From NCBI RefSeq assembly GCF_001194135.2, contig NC_068983.1, positions 75,549,783 to 75,613,782 of the forward strand: a DNA stretch of 64,000 nt, written 5' to 3'. The stretch comes from Octopus bimaculoides (taxonomy: Eukaryota). The number at the start of each line of letters is the position of its first letter. Positions within the stretch are counted from its first letter, which is position 1. A program made the position numbers and the translations under genes. Positions 1-12,850 of the stretch are shown one piece after another. The notes under the pieces were generated by a model, which had not been told where the DNA came from, made no database searches, and saw only the letters and a program-made list of their open reading frames with translations.

Positions 1-265
1 AGAGGATGTGCTTGTATGCATGGACAGCCACAAGTTTACTTAGCTTGACGTGCCTTCTCAATTATCATAGTTAAAATGTTCCATTCTTTTACTAAACTAT
101 CAGAAACTTTGTTATTAGCAGAATGGAAAATAGTTTTGATGCAAAAGAGTTTGTTTAATTACGGAAAGAAATATACGGTTATTTAAAATTTAGAAGGGCT
201 ACACAGCTTCTACATATACAGAAAAAATCCTTTGAAAAAAATGTGTAATTTAACTAAAAGATATA

Positions 266-472
266 CTGTATTTTCCAGCATACAAGTGGAATTTTCATGA
301 CCAAAATTTGTGGTAAAAAATTGTGGGTTGACTCACATTCCAAGATAACTTTGGAGGACCAAATATTCCACGTGAATTGCTATAGGATTTGACAAGATAG
401 TGACAGTGTTTGAATGTTTACACTACATGGTTACACTATATGCTACATCAACTTGTATGCTGGAAAATATGG
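266..472. mobile_element. Non-autonomous Tc2/pogo-like (Tc1/mariner superfamily) MITE
   Basis: 22-bp terminal inverted repeats CTGTATTTTCCAGCATACAAGT (266-287) and ACTTGTATGCTGGAAAATATGG (451-472), with TA on both outer sides. The C(C/T)GTATTTTC start is typical of Tc2/pogo-type ends. Confidence 0.7.
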
Positions 473-1309
473 TATGCAATATTATTAGTTTATGCAACAA
501 GTAAAAAATATGAAATTATAAGAAATATATAGTACTACTAGTCTAATCAGATTTTTTATGAGGTCTCCATTAGTTATTGTTGACTATACTTCTGCACATG
601 TATAAGCAGGCCTGGGCAAGAATTTTCATGGAATACTGGCAGTTGTCCATATATGCAAGTCTCTTCTCTCTAAGCTACCAATGTCTATCTAAGGAAATGG
701 CTGCGTATTAGGACCTATACAACTTGGCATCAATGTATAATAGTTGCAGACATTTACTGCTAGAAGACAAAGAACTCAAACAGATACAGCAAAACATCTT
801 GCCTGACTCTGATAGTTTTACCAAATACCATGCTGGCCCTGTATTTTTTTAATTAACCCACAAAATATCGAAGGTAAAGTTGAACTCAGAAGACAGACAT
901 TTGGAACAAAACCTGAAGAAACTAACAAAAAAGTATAGAGATTCTCCCCTACTCTGAAAAGTGCAAGTTTATCCACATGCACACACTTACACTCAACATG
1001 CGCACACATAAGCTCATGTCACATAATTCAGGTAATCACAAACCTTAAGACTTGTCTTAACTTAAAAAAGAAGAGTCTTGTCACTTTATTAGTGACCAGC
1101 TTAAATTTTGCATGTTTTCTTTGCATGGGTCATTGCATGGGTCAGATGGAACTTATTGGGGCAGACTTTTATGGCTAGTTGCCCTTCCTGCAGCCAACCA
1201 TTACCTGTATCCAAGCAAAGTAGTATTTCCAGTGTTCTGACATGTTTTCTCAGAATATTGGAAATGAATGATGCTCATTTACAACAATCATGTGATGTCA
1301 AGACAAGAA

Positions 1310-1451
1310 GACACAAACATACACACATATACATGCATGTGTACTTGCATGTGCATGTGTATATATGTGTGTACCTCACACACATACACACATATATGTG
1401 TGTATATATAATATATGTGTGTGTATGTATGTATATAAAGTATGCATATAA

Positions 1452-1530
<79 letters not shown>

Positions 1531-1790
1531 TATATATACATACACACACACACATACATACATACATACTTACATACATACATACATGCATACATATATC
1601 TATATACACACACACATACAAACACACACACACATATATATGCATGCAAATGTATTTACATATACATACATTATATATATATATATACACAATGATCTGA
1701 TAATCTTTCTCTCTCTCTCTCTCTCTAGATATATATATATATGTGTGTGTGGATATGAATATATGACTGTATTAATGTATATCTTCTTGG

Positions 1791-1824
<34 letters not shown>

Positions 1825-2162
1825 GCTACAAGCAGGAGGAACAACATGAACAAACATAACCTAAAAGTCAATAAATGGAGAAAGATTCTGGAACATTCCA
1901 TCCTTTAGATGTTTATATAGTTAATCTATATCTTGTTTCTATTGCACCATTCAATCAATACTAAGCTCACAGAAGCACTTTCTCATATACATTTACATAC
2001 AGACATATTCACAAATATACACTTTTGATATATATACAATACATACAAACATATATATATATACATATATGTATATGTTGCATATGTATGTATATATATA
2101 TATATATGTATGTGTGTATGTTGGTATATGTATGTATATATGTATATTTTGTTGAGGTAAAA

Positions 2163-2243
<81 letters not shown>

Positions 2244-2385
2244 TATACATATACATATATATACATATATATATATGCAAGATTGAATAGCTTGCTATAG
2301 TCATATGTACACATGTGAATAAATATACACATACATATACATATGTAAATAAATACAATGATGTGATGACCTCTCTCTCTCTCTT

Positions 2386-2436
<51 letters not shown>

Positions 2437-2480
2437 ATATGAAAGTATGGGCATATTAGTGTATGTCTTCTTGGCATATA
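1310..2480. repeat. Compound microsatellite field (TA)n/(CA)n/(CATA)n/(TG)n/(CT)n
   Basis: Direct reading; this field generates the YI/HT/CV pseudo-ORFs. Confidence 0.95.
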
Positions 2481-2617
2481 TGTGTATGTACATATGGAAA
2501 ATCTTATAACATCTATCAGAACATTTTTCTTGATCATTGCTTTGCTTTTGTTTTCTTTCTGTGCATGCTTTATGAAACATGCAATTGAGATAGGAGTTTC
2601 AGCTTTGGAAATGTTAC

Positions 2618-2694
2618 CTGTGCATAGAGTATAAGTAAATAGAGAATCAGATAGAGATGTGTATTGGTCTGCTATGAACTTAATTCTAGTGTGT
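2618..2694 (-). CDS. Candidate 77-nt internal exon (xHTRIKFIADQYTSLSDSLFTYTLCT[G]) of an unidentified gene
   Basis: Minus-strand acceptor tattccttctgttcatggcag| and donor CAG|GTAACA. Exactly one of three frames is open and the sequence is non-repetitive. No homology recognised. Confidence 0.3.
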
Positions 2695-2749
2695 CTGCCA
2701 TGAACAGAAGGAATATACATAGTAATAATATACCATAATTGAAAGAATA

Positions 2750-3162
2750 TAGGTGTGTGGTAAGGAGCTGGCTTCCCAACTATATGGTTCTGGGTTCAGT
2801 CCCACTGTGTGGCAGCACCTTAGGCAAGTGTCTCCTGCTATAGCCTCAGGCTGACCAAAGCCTTGTGAGTGGATTTGGTAGACAAAAACTTTGAGAAGTC
2901 TGTTGTATATATATCTATGTATATATTTATGTGTGTGTCTTTGTGTCTGTGTTTGGCATTCCACCATCGCTTGACAACTGATGTTGGAATGTTTATATCC
3001 CCGTAACTTAGCAGTTCGGCAAAAGTGAATGATAGAATTTTCCATATGTACATACCAGGCTTACAAAAAATAAGTCCTGGGGTCTATTGCTTTGACCAAA
3101 AAGCAGTGCTCCATCATGGCTGCAGTCAAATGACTGAAACACATAAAAGAATAAAAGAATAA
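2750..3162 (+). mobile_element. SINE family A (tRNA-like head, CORE-like segment, internal microsatellite, AAAGA(A/G)TA tail)
   Basis: Matches the copies at 24418-24793, 31062-31460 and 40810-41285: GGTTC(A)GTCCC B-box-like motif, accttgggcaagtgtcttct segment, aaaagaataaaagaat tail. Confidence 0.85.
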
Positions 3163-3586
3163 GAGTCAATAAATATTCTAAACATTTATATAGCTACAAA
3201 ACCCTCACTTTCTGAGTCACAACGTGTTTGTGATCATGCATTTGTCTAGGAAGGCAGCTAAAACTTAGCTCTCAAGGGAGGTGTTTCTTGTGCCTTGTTG
3301 TTGCAGTTGCTTTGTTGTCTTCAATGAGTTAAAGTAGAATAGTATATAGATATCTCAATGCATAACTGTTCAACACAGTTTTGTCTCACCCATGCAAAGA
3401 AGGAAAAGTGGACATTAAAACAATAATGATGATGATAATGATAAATCTCTCTCTTAGCACTAAACCCAAACCCACCCATCCATCTATCCCTCCCTCCCTC
3501 TCTCCATCCATCCATCCATATCACCAGCATTATATATATATCGTTTAACGTCCGCTTTCCATGCTAGCATGGGTTGATATATATAT

Positions 3587-4122
3587 NNNNNNNNNNNNNN
3601 NNNNNNNNNNNNNNNNNNNNNNNNNNNNNNNNNNNNNNNNNNNNNNNNNNNNNNNNNNNNNNNNNNNNNNNNNNNNNNNNNNNNNNNNNNNNNNNNNNNN
3701 NNNNNNNNNNNNNNNNNNNNNNNNNNNNNNNNNNNNNNNNNNNNNNNNNNNNNNNNNNNNNNNNNNNNNNNNNNNNNNNNNNNNNNNNNNNNNNNNNNNN
3801 NNNNNNNNNNNNNNNNNNNNNNNNNNNNNNNNNNNNNNNNNNNNNNNNNNNNNNNNNNNNNNNNNNNNNNNNNNNNNNNNNNNNNNNNNNNNNNNNNNNN
3901 NNNNNNNNNNNNNNNNNNNNNNNNNNNNNNNNNNNNNNNNNNNNNNNNNNNNNNNNNNNNNNNNNNNNNNNNNNNNNNNNNNNNNNNNNNNNNNNNNNNN
4001 NNNNNNNNNNNNNNNNNNNNNNNNNNNNNNNNNNNNNNNNNNNNNNNNNNNNNNNNNNNNNNNNNNNNNNNNNNNNNNNNNNNNNNNNNNNNNNNNNNNN
4101 NNNNNNNNNNNNNNNNNNNNNN
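3587..4122. other. Assembly gap (one of 15 N-runs)
   Basis: N-run flanked by (TA)n. Other gaps: 4884-5251, 7111-7513, 9039-9842, 14830-15366, 16125-16782, 19365-19522, 41167-41176, 42862-42977, 46902-47697, 48662-48903, 52333-52432, 60778-60787, 61681-61690, 61953-62898. Confidence 0.99.
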
Positions 4123-4177
<55 letters not shown>

Positions 4178-4206
4178 GTATGTGTGTATGTATATATATG
4201 TATAGT

Positions 4207-4434
4207 GCTGATGTTACACCTGTACTGGTGTGATGTCCATGTTGGTGGCATGTAAAAAGCATGCAGCACACTCTGTAAAGTGGTTGGGATTAGGAAGGGC
4301 ATCCAGCTATAGAAACCAAGCCAAAACAGACTGGAACTTGATGCAGCTCTTCTGCTTGCCAGCTCTGGTCAAACCATCCAACTCGTGCCAGCATGGAAAA
4401 CGGAAGTTTAATGATGATGATGATGATGATGATG
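4207..4434 (+). mobile_element. RTE LINE 3' end (family B), 5'-truncated
   Basis: ttaggaagggcatccagct...ccagcatggaaaacggaagtttaatgatgatgat. Same 3' UTR that follows the RTE ORF C-terminus at 6490 and 48300. Confidence 0.8.
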
Positions 4435-4599
4435 TACAATGGGATTCTTTCAGATTCTGTTTACCAAATAACTCACAAGGCTTGGGTTGCCCTGAAGCTA
4501 CAGTAAAACACCCTTGTCTAGGGTGCCATGCAAAGTGACTAAACCCAAAACCATGTGGTAAACATATATACATACATATATGCTTATATATAATTATTA

Positions 4600-4844
4600 A
4601 ACAAGACAGCAGGCATTAAGGCAAGGCAAACATCACAACTTGTATACAATATTATTATAGCAAGAAATTCAAAATTTTACAGCTGTTTCTGGGATATCCT
4701 CAAGTATGGGATATTCCGTCATCAGAGACAAATAGGGGAAAAAATAGGGAAAATGAGAATGGTATATATTAATAAGATAATGACATAGAGGAAGGGAAGC
4801 GTACCTAATTGTTTATATTACCTGTGAACTAAATCCCCATTCTT

Positions 4845-4850
<6 letters not shown>
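4600..4850 (-). mobile_element. Penelope-like pLTR fragment carrying a hammerhead-like core (4674-4729)
   Basis: Minus strand reads GTCT-CTGATGA-[CGGAATATCC/GGATATCCCA stem]-GAA-ACAGCTGT-A. Confidence 0.55.
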
Positions 4851-4883
<33 letters not shown>

Positions 4884-5252
4884 NNNNNNNNNNNNNNNNN
4901 NNNNNNNNNNNNNNNNNNNNNNNNNNNNNNNNNNNNNNNNNNNNNNNNNNNNNNNNNNNNNNNNNNNNNNNNNNNNNNNNNNNNNNNNNNNNNNNNNNNN
5001 NNNNNNNNNNNNNNNNNNNNNNNNNNNNNNNNNNNNNNNNNNNNNNNNNNNNNNNNNNNNNNNNNNNNNNNNNNNNNNNNNNNNNNNNNNNNNNNNNNNN
5101 NNNNNNNNNNNNNNNNNNNNNNNNNNNNNNNNNNNNNNNNNNNNNNNNNNNNNNNNNNNNNNNNNNNNNNNNNNNNNNNNNNNNNNNNNNNNNNNNNNNN
5201 NNNNNNNNNNNNNNNNNNNNNNNNNNNNNNNNNNNNNNNNNNNNNNNNNNNN

Positions 5253-5285
<33 letters not shown>

Positions 5286-5742
5286 CATACAGTAAAAATA
5301 TATATATGCACACATTCATCACTTTCCTTATTTAAATATTTCTTTCATTATTTCTATCTTCATTCTACTGTACTTACTATGTGAGCCACTCCCGTTAGTT
5401 TTCATCAGATCTACATTGCTCTAATTTTATCCATATCTCTGTAACCTATACCTACACATTTGATTCATTCTCATTTCTTTATTTGCCATATGTTTCTTTT
5501 AAAAATTTAGAGAATCATTAGAGGAAAACTTGAAACCAGACTGTTATAAGAATCAGGGTAGTTGGGGTGAACAGGAACCTAGTCAATGATGTTTATTTTC
5601 AAGTTTGGTTATCTTGCTTGTTAAATACACACACATACACACCCATACACATGCATATGTGTACAATCAAATACATTTACATATAAACATGTATGTGTGT
5701 GTGTGTGTGTGTATGTGTGTGTGTGTGTGCATGTATGTATAT

Positions 5743-5985
5743 GTGGAAGCACATGGATTAAGGATTAGGGTGTTGTCCTCATGATTATAAGATTGATTTT
5801 GATTCCCAAACTGAGCAATGCTTCATGTTTTTGAGCAAAACACTCCATTTATGTTGCTCCAGTCTACTGCACTGACAAAAGTGAGTAATCCTGTGATGGA
5901 CTGCTGTCCTGTCCAGTAGGAGAATATGCATCACAGAACCTGGAAAACCAGCCTCATGAGCCTATGGCTTATGAAGAGCCTTTAA
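5743..5985 (+). mobile_element. Degenerate tRNA-headed SINE (family F) with CORE-like segment and gatggactg...gtccag tail
   Basis: ttgagcaaaacactccatttatgttgctccagtctac resembles the core of the 43685 and 59430 SINEs; the 3' part differs. Confidence 0.55.
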
Positions 5986-6469
5986 TCCTGCTTTTTTTTT
6001 ATGTATGTATGTATGTATGTATGTATGTATGTATGTATATATGTATTTACATACATATCCATCCAGCCAGCCAGCCATCCATACATACATACATTCATAC
6101 ATACAAGCATACATACATATGTGTGCACGTACATATTTTTTAAAAAACTGGTGTTTAATCTCTGGGCAACCCCGATCAAGCAGACCATTGTTAAAAGGTG
6201 TTCCATCATCTCATTTCTTTTTGTTTCAGACAGTATGTATATCAGACTACATTACACAACATCCTTTATTTTTTTAGAAGGTAGGATGTGATTTGTGGTA
6301 GGTTTAGCCTCCATTTTCAGTAGGTGAAACTTCTCTATGGAGTAGGGCCAGGTGATCTTTTTAGTACCATTAATGAAAAATGCAAATGTGGAGAAGGGCA
6401 TGACTGCTAAGAAAAATAATGGTAAAAATAATGAAAAAAATTAATTACACTATAACGTTACAAATTCAC

Positions 6470-7043
6470 AGATATGAGGTGGTGACGCAATACCTTAAAA
6501 TGTTGGGCCTCACAGAGGCAATGACAAAAGATTGAGACCTTTGGAGATATACTGTGATTGAGAAGACCCGGCAAGTAAAGTGAGATCTCAGTCAGTGCTG
6601 CATGACCAGTCCATTTAAGAGGACTCTTGAAGCGTTGGGTGATATGATGTGTTTGAGAAGACCTGCTGAGTTGAGTGATATTGAAATCGTAGTCATGGCC
6701 AGTGCCACCTGACTGGCACCCGTGCTGGTGACATGTAATAAGGACCATCCAAATATATTCTGTGCTAGTGTCCCAAGACTACTTCCATGCTGGTGACATG
6801 TAAAAAGCACCATCCAAACGTGGTTGATACCAGTGCCCCCTGACTGGCTCCCATCCTCGTGGCACATAAAAAGCACCCATTACACTCTTGGAGTGGTTGG
6901 ATTTAGGAAGGGCATCCAGCTGTAGAAACATCGCCAGATCAGATTGGAACCTGGTGCAGCTCACTGGCTTGCCAGACCTCAGTCAAACTGTCCAACCCAT
7001 GCCAGCATGGAAAGTGGACATTAAATGATGATAATGATGATGT
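6470..7043 (+). mobile_element. RTE LINE 3' fragment: ORF C-terminus plus 3' UTR and (GAT)n tail
   Basis: Translates VVTQYLKMLGLTEAMTKD*DLWRYTVIEKTRQVK*, then the family B UTR. Confidence 0.8.
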
Positions 7044-8374
7044 AACAAACATTAAATTACTGTTTTGCCCTTTAAAGTATAAACTGCTTTTTCACATGGA
7101 TTTTATATATNNNNNNNNNNNNNNNNNNNNNNNNNNNNNNNNNNNNNNNNNNNNNNNNNNNNNNNNNNNNNNNNNNNNNNNNNNNNNNNNNNNNNNNNNN
7201 NNNNNNNNNNNNNNNNNNNNNNNNNNNNNNNNNNNNNNNNNNNNNNNNNNNNNNNNNNNNNNNNNNNNNNNNNNNNNNNNNNNNNNNNNNNNNNNNNNNN
7301 NNNNNNNNNNNNNNNNNNNNNNNNNNNNNNNNNNNNNNNNNNNNNNNNNNNNNNNNNNNNNNNNNNNNNNNNNNNNNNNNNNNNNNNNNNNNNNNNNNNN
7401 NNNNNNNNNNNNNNNNNNNNNNNNNNNNNNNNNNNNNNNNNNNNNNNNNNNNNNNNNNNNNNNNNNNNNNNNNNNNNNNNNNNNNNNNNNNNNNNNNNNN
7501 NNNNNNNNNNNNNTGTGTGTGTGTGTGTAAGTGTGTATGTGTGTGTGTATGTTTGCCTCTCCTTGTCTCCTTTGTCTTTTATTCTTCTGATGTCTGGTAG
7601 TAGTGGTGGGGGGGGGAGCAATAAAATAAAGTTCAGAGTGGTGGATTGGTGGAATTCCGAGAGCATTGTGGACAAAATTCTTTGTGGCATTTGTGCTGTT
7701 GACTCTTTATGTTCTGAGTACCCAAGTAGGAACGGCGAATTTGTCAACATCTAACCAACTTGATGGAGTCCTTAAAAAAAAAAAAAGGCAATGGGGAAAT
7801 TGCATGAAAATTTCCTTACAAATGCTTAGTGCTTGAAAAGGAATTCAGTAGGGGTCATTTGCTGATGTGATGGTGCTAGAAAGAAAGAAAGAAATTATGA
7901 CATCCAGGGAAGGTTAAATTTATGAGTTGACAAGATAACTGAAACTAGGTGGCTGGAGCAGGGTATTCTATAGAATTAACAAAAATCCCAGAAAACAAGA
8001 GATCGTTCTTGTATCTGGTGACATAGATAAACAAAAGGTTTATTATTTCATGGTTGCCCTGTGGTCCACCATATTGGTAATCTAAAACATACACATGCTT
8101 ACAGTTTTAATTTTGCTTTATTAGTAGTAGTAGTAGTAGTAGCAGCAGCAGTACCAGTGGCAGTAGCAGCAGCAGTCGCTGTTGTTTGGCTGTTGTTCAA
8201 GGCATTAGAACATAGGACTACGAAATTTACAAATGTAATTCCATTTTTTGATGGTAAATTAAGTGTAATTTGAGGGGGATTTGGTTGCTAATTCTAGCAG
8301 ATTGAGTGACCACATATAGGCTCTACTGATAACTCACACATACATGTACATATATACATGCACATAAACACACA

Positions 8375-8457
<83 letters not shown>

Positions 8458-8550
8458 GGTTTTTAACCCCCTCACCCCAAACTATGAAGCCCTGTCTTAC
8501 AATACATTAGACTCAAGACATTAGACTGTAGAGCACCTTTACATTTTAGA

Positions 8551-8767
8551 CTTTTATCCTTTACTTGTTTCAGTCATTGGACAGCAGCCCTTCAGGGGCA
8601 CCATCTTTAAGGGTTTTAGCTGAATGAATCAACCCCACCCCCAGCATTTAATTTTTAAAGCTTGATACTTATTTTATTGACCTCTTAAGCTGAACCACTA
8701 AGTTATGGCGATTTAAACAAACCAAAGCATTTGTCAAGCAGTGGTGGGGACAAACAGTAGGACACAT

Positions 8768-8800
<33 letters not shown>

Positions 8801-10428
8801 AGCATATATATGTATATGTGTGTGTATAAATATAGGCACAGGAGTGGCTGTGTGGTAAGAAGTTTGCTTCTCAGCCACATGGTTCTGAGTTCAGTTTCGC
8901 TATGTGGGACCTTGGACAAGTGTCTTCTACTATAGCCTCAGGCCGACCAAAACTTTGTGAGTGGATTTGGTAGATGGAAACTGAAAGAAGCTCATTGTTT
9001 ATACATGTATATATATAAATGTGTATATATATATATATNNNNNNNNNNNNNNNNNNNNNNNNNNNNNNNNNNNNNNNNNNNNNNNNNNNNNNNNNNNNNN
9101 NNNNNNNNNNNNNNNNNNNNNNNNNNNNNNNNNNNNNNNNNNNNNNNNNNNNNNNNNNNNNNNNNNNNNNNNNNNNNNNNNNNNNNNNNNNNNNNNNNNN
9201 NNNNNNNNNNNNNNNNNNNNNNNNNNNNNNNNNNNNNNNNNNNNNNNNNNNNNNNNNNNNNNNNNNNNNNNNNNNNNNNNNNNNNNNNNNNNNNNNNNNN
9301 NNNNNNNNNNNNNNNNNNNNNNNNNNNNNNNNNNNNNNNNNNNNNNNNNNNNNNNNNNNNNNNNNNNNNNNNNNNNNNNNNNNNNNNNNNNNNNNNNNNN
9401 NNNNNNNNNNNNNNNNNNNNNNNNNNNNNNNNNNNNNNNNNNNNNNNNNNNNNNNNNNNNNNNNNNNNNNNNNNNNNNNNNNNNNNNNNNNNNNNNNNNN
9501 NNNNNNNNNNNNNNNNNNNNNNNNNNNNNNNNNNNNNNNNNNNNNNNNNNNNNNNNNNNNNNNNNNNNNNNNNNNNNNNNNNNNNNNNNNNNNNNNNNNN
9601 NNNNNNNNNNNNNNNNNNNNNNNNNNNNNNNNNNNNNNNNNNNNNNNNNNNNNNNNNNNNNNNNNNNNNNNNNNNNNNNNNNNNNNNNNNNNNNNNNNNN
9701 NNNNNNNNNNNNNNNNNNNNNNNNNNNNNNNNNNNNNNNNNNNNNNNNNNNNNNNNNNNNNNNNNNNNNNNNNNNNNNNNNNNNNNNNNNNNNNNNNNNN
9801 NNNNNNNNNNNNNNNNNNNNNNNNNNNNNNNNNNNNNNNNNNCTTGTGCCCACGGCATGTGTAAGGACTTTCGAGAGAGATCGTTGCCAGTGCCCCTAGA
9901 CTGGCTCTTGTGTGGGTGGCACATAAGATACACCATTTTGAGCGTGGCCGTTCCCAGTACCGCCTGACTGGCCTTTGTGCCGGTGGCACGTAAAAGCACC
10001 CACTACACTCTCTGAGTGGTTGGCGTTAGGAAGGGAATCCAGCTGTAGAAACTCTGCCAAATCAGATTGGGGCCTGGTGTAGCCATCTGGTTTCACCAGT
10101 CCTCAGTCAAATTGTCCAACCCATGCTAGCATGGAAGGCAGACGTTAAACGACGATGACGACAACGATAATAATATGTGCATGTATTTGTGTGTCTATGT
10201 TTTACCCCACCCCCATCACTTGACAACTGATGTTGGTGTGTTTGCCTCCTCGTAACTTAGCAGTTCGGCAAAAGAGAATTAGAATAAGTCCTAGACTTAC
10301 AAAATATAAGTCCAGGGGTCAATTTGTTTGACAAAAGGCGATGCTCCAGCATGGCCACAATCAAATGACTGAAACAAGTAAAAGAATAAAAGAATAGACA
10401 TACATATATCCACACATACATACATACA

Positions 10429-10464
<36 letters not shown>

Positions 10465-10625
10465 TTATACATGACAGGCTTCTATCAGTTTCTATGAAAT
10501 CTACTCAGAAGGCTTTGGTTGGCCTGGGGCTATTGTAGAAACCACTTATCCAAGGTGCTATGCATTGGGTCTGAATTCAGAACAATGTGGTTGGGAAACA
10601 AACTTCTAACCACATAGCCATGTCT
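8551..10625. mobile_element. Three-tier nested insertion: SINE A(-) containing SINE A(+) containing an RTE 3' end(+)
   Basis: Outer (-) 3' half 8551-8765 and 5' half 10472-10625; inner (+) 5' half 8835-9038 and 3' half 10180-10397; RTE 3' end 9843-10172. Gap at 9039-9842. Confidence 0.7.
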
Positions 10626-11089
10626 GTGGTGAAAGCTACAGACCATGATCCTGTGCTTGCTACTGAGGAGGAATGTGAAATCTGAAACATTGGTACTGCT
10701 GTTGGCCATTCATCTTAAATAACAACATTTATATGCAGCAAGTTCACTTCTAGTATAATTTAAGGGAAGAATTTTATCCATTGCTCAATATAACACTGCT
10801 ACTTAAAGTCAACTCTCACCCAATCCATACCCTTCCTCAAAAATTTCAAGGCCTTGTGTTTTTTTCCATGCTGGTATGGATTGGGTGAGATTTGTTGTTG
10901 TGGCAGCATTTTATGGTTGGATGGATGCTCTTCCTAATGCTGCCTCTTGCTTGTTTTGCAAGAAATGTATTTTAGTTCACGGTTTCACATGAAATAACCA
11001 AGCTGCTGGCATTTTATGTTGGACAGGAATATCATCACTACAAGCTTAAGAGTGTTAATGCAAAGACACATGAGCACAAACACACACAT

Positions 11090-11655
11090 ATGTACACACA
11101 CACGAACACACACACAAACATACACATAGATATACACACACACACACGTGTGCATATATATGCACACGTATATATAATAGGCTTCATGTAGTTTCCAGCT
11201 ACCAATTTTCACTCACGAAAATTGGTCAATCCATCATTATCATCATAATCATCATAATTTAACCTCCACTTTCCATGCTGGCATGGGTTGGACGGTTTGA
11301 CACTGAGCTGGCTAGCAGGGAGCCGTCCAGACACCAGCTGTCTGTTGAGGCATGGTTTTTATGGCTGGATGCCCTTCCTAATGGCCAACCACTTAACAGG
11401 GTATGCTGGGTGCTTTTTATATGCCACAGACATGGGTATGTTTATGCAGCACTGGCATGGGTGCATTAATGTAGCATCAGCACAAATGCTTTTTAAGAGG
11501 CACTGGCACCTGAAAATACAAGCCTGTATATGTGGAAGATAACGATTTTACTTAGCTTGACAGAAAAAAAGGCATTTACCCAAGGTACCATGCAGTAAGA
11601 TTGAGCTCATAATCACAAGATTGGGAAGTAAAATTTCTAACCACACAGCCAAGTC
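11090..11655 (-). mobile_element. Degenerate SINE A(-) interrupted by an RTE 3' end(-) at about 11235-11545
   Basis: SINE mid-part 11090-11232 and head 11570-11655 flank a family B segment (aacctccactttccatgctggcatgggttggacgg...). Confidence 0.6.
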
Positions 11656-12299
11656 TATCCCAGTCCCACACCTATGTAATGGGTGTTTGCCATGTCTACG
11701 TAAGAAACTCCTTCTAAACTTGATGAAGTAAAAGGGTGTGCACCAGAAATGATAAAGGCATGAGTGATATCAGCTGTTTTATTCAGTGAGAAGTTAATAC
11801 CTTAGAGAAAGATATAAATAAGGAGTAGTATTGGGGCTGACATAGGGATGCTTTAAGGTCAGTAGGGTGAGGACCGCTCATCACAAAGATTGGTTTAAAA
11901 CTAGGTTAATTAGAGAGTAAAGAGAATAGTCCAAAGCTTATTTCCACCTTATGCCACCATGTAGGATCATATGACAAAAGATCTTGTTTTGTAAGAATGT
12001 TCAGATGTTGTTATTGTTGTTGTTGGTGGAGGTGCATGTTGGTTGTGGTGTTTGAAATGAGGTTGTTGGTTGCCATGGTGATAGTAGTAAAGATGATGTT
12101 GTTGTGGTTGTTCTTTAGTTCCTGGTAAGCACTGGCTGAAAAAATCTCTGAGTATTCCTTCCAACTCTGTACATAACCATCATTTATCTTCAGGCATTGT
12201 GTATCTAGGAGTACATTTTATAGTATGCCCTTTCCTTTTATGAAACTGTGGTAGATGTGTGATTGGAGGAAGGTTTGGCTGTTATTTCTAAGTTTGACA

Positions 12300-12850
12300 G
12301 CAGGAAAGACTCCTGTTGTGATGGGTGTGTTGTTGTTGGTGGTGCAAGTAGTTGTGGCGGTGTTGGTGTTGATGGTGTTGCTGGTGGTCATGTTGGTGTG
12401 GTCAGGAGGATAGTGGAGGAGGAGCAAGAAGAGGAAGAAGGAAGAAGAGGAGTAGGAGGAGGAAGAGAAGAAGAAAGAAAAGGAGGAGGTAGAAGAAAGA
12501 AGAAGAAAGAAAAAGAATAAGAAAAGAAGAAGAAGGAAGGAGAAAGATGAGGATGAGAAGAAAAAGAAAAAGGAGGAGGAGGAAGAGGAGGAGGAGGAAA
12601 AGAAGAAGAAAGGGAAGAAGAAGGATGAGGTGGAGGAGGAGAAAAAGGAGAGGGAGAAGGAAGAGAGGAGACAAACGAAGAAGAAGAAGAAGAAGAAGAA
12701 GAAGAAAAGCACAATTAAAAAATGGAACACCAATAAAGAATTATAAAAGAAAAAGAGAATGAAACAAGAGAAAAAATGGAAAAGACAAAGAGGAACAAAA
12801 GGAATTACAATAGAAATAAAGGAAGGAAAATATGAAATGAAAAAGCTGTT
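12300..12850. repeat. (GGT/GTT)n tract followed by a long polypurine (GAA/GAG/AAG) tract
   Basis: Direct reading; source of the poly-S/F/E/R pseudo-ORFs. Confidence 0.9.
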
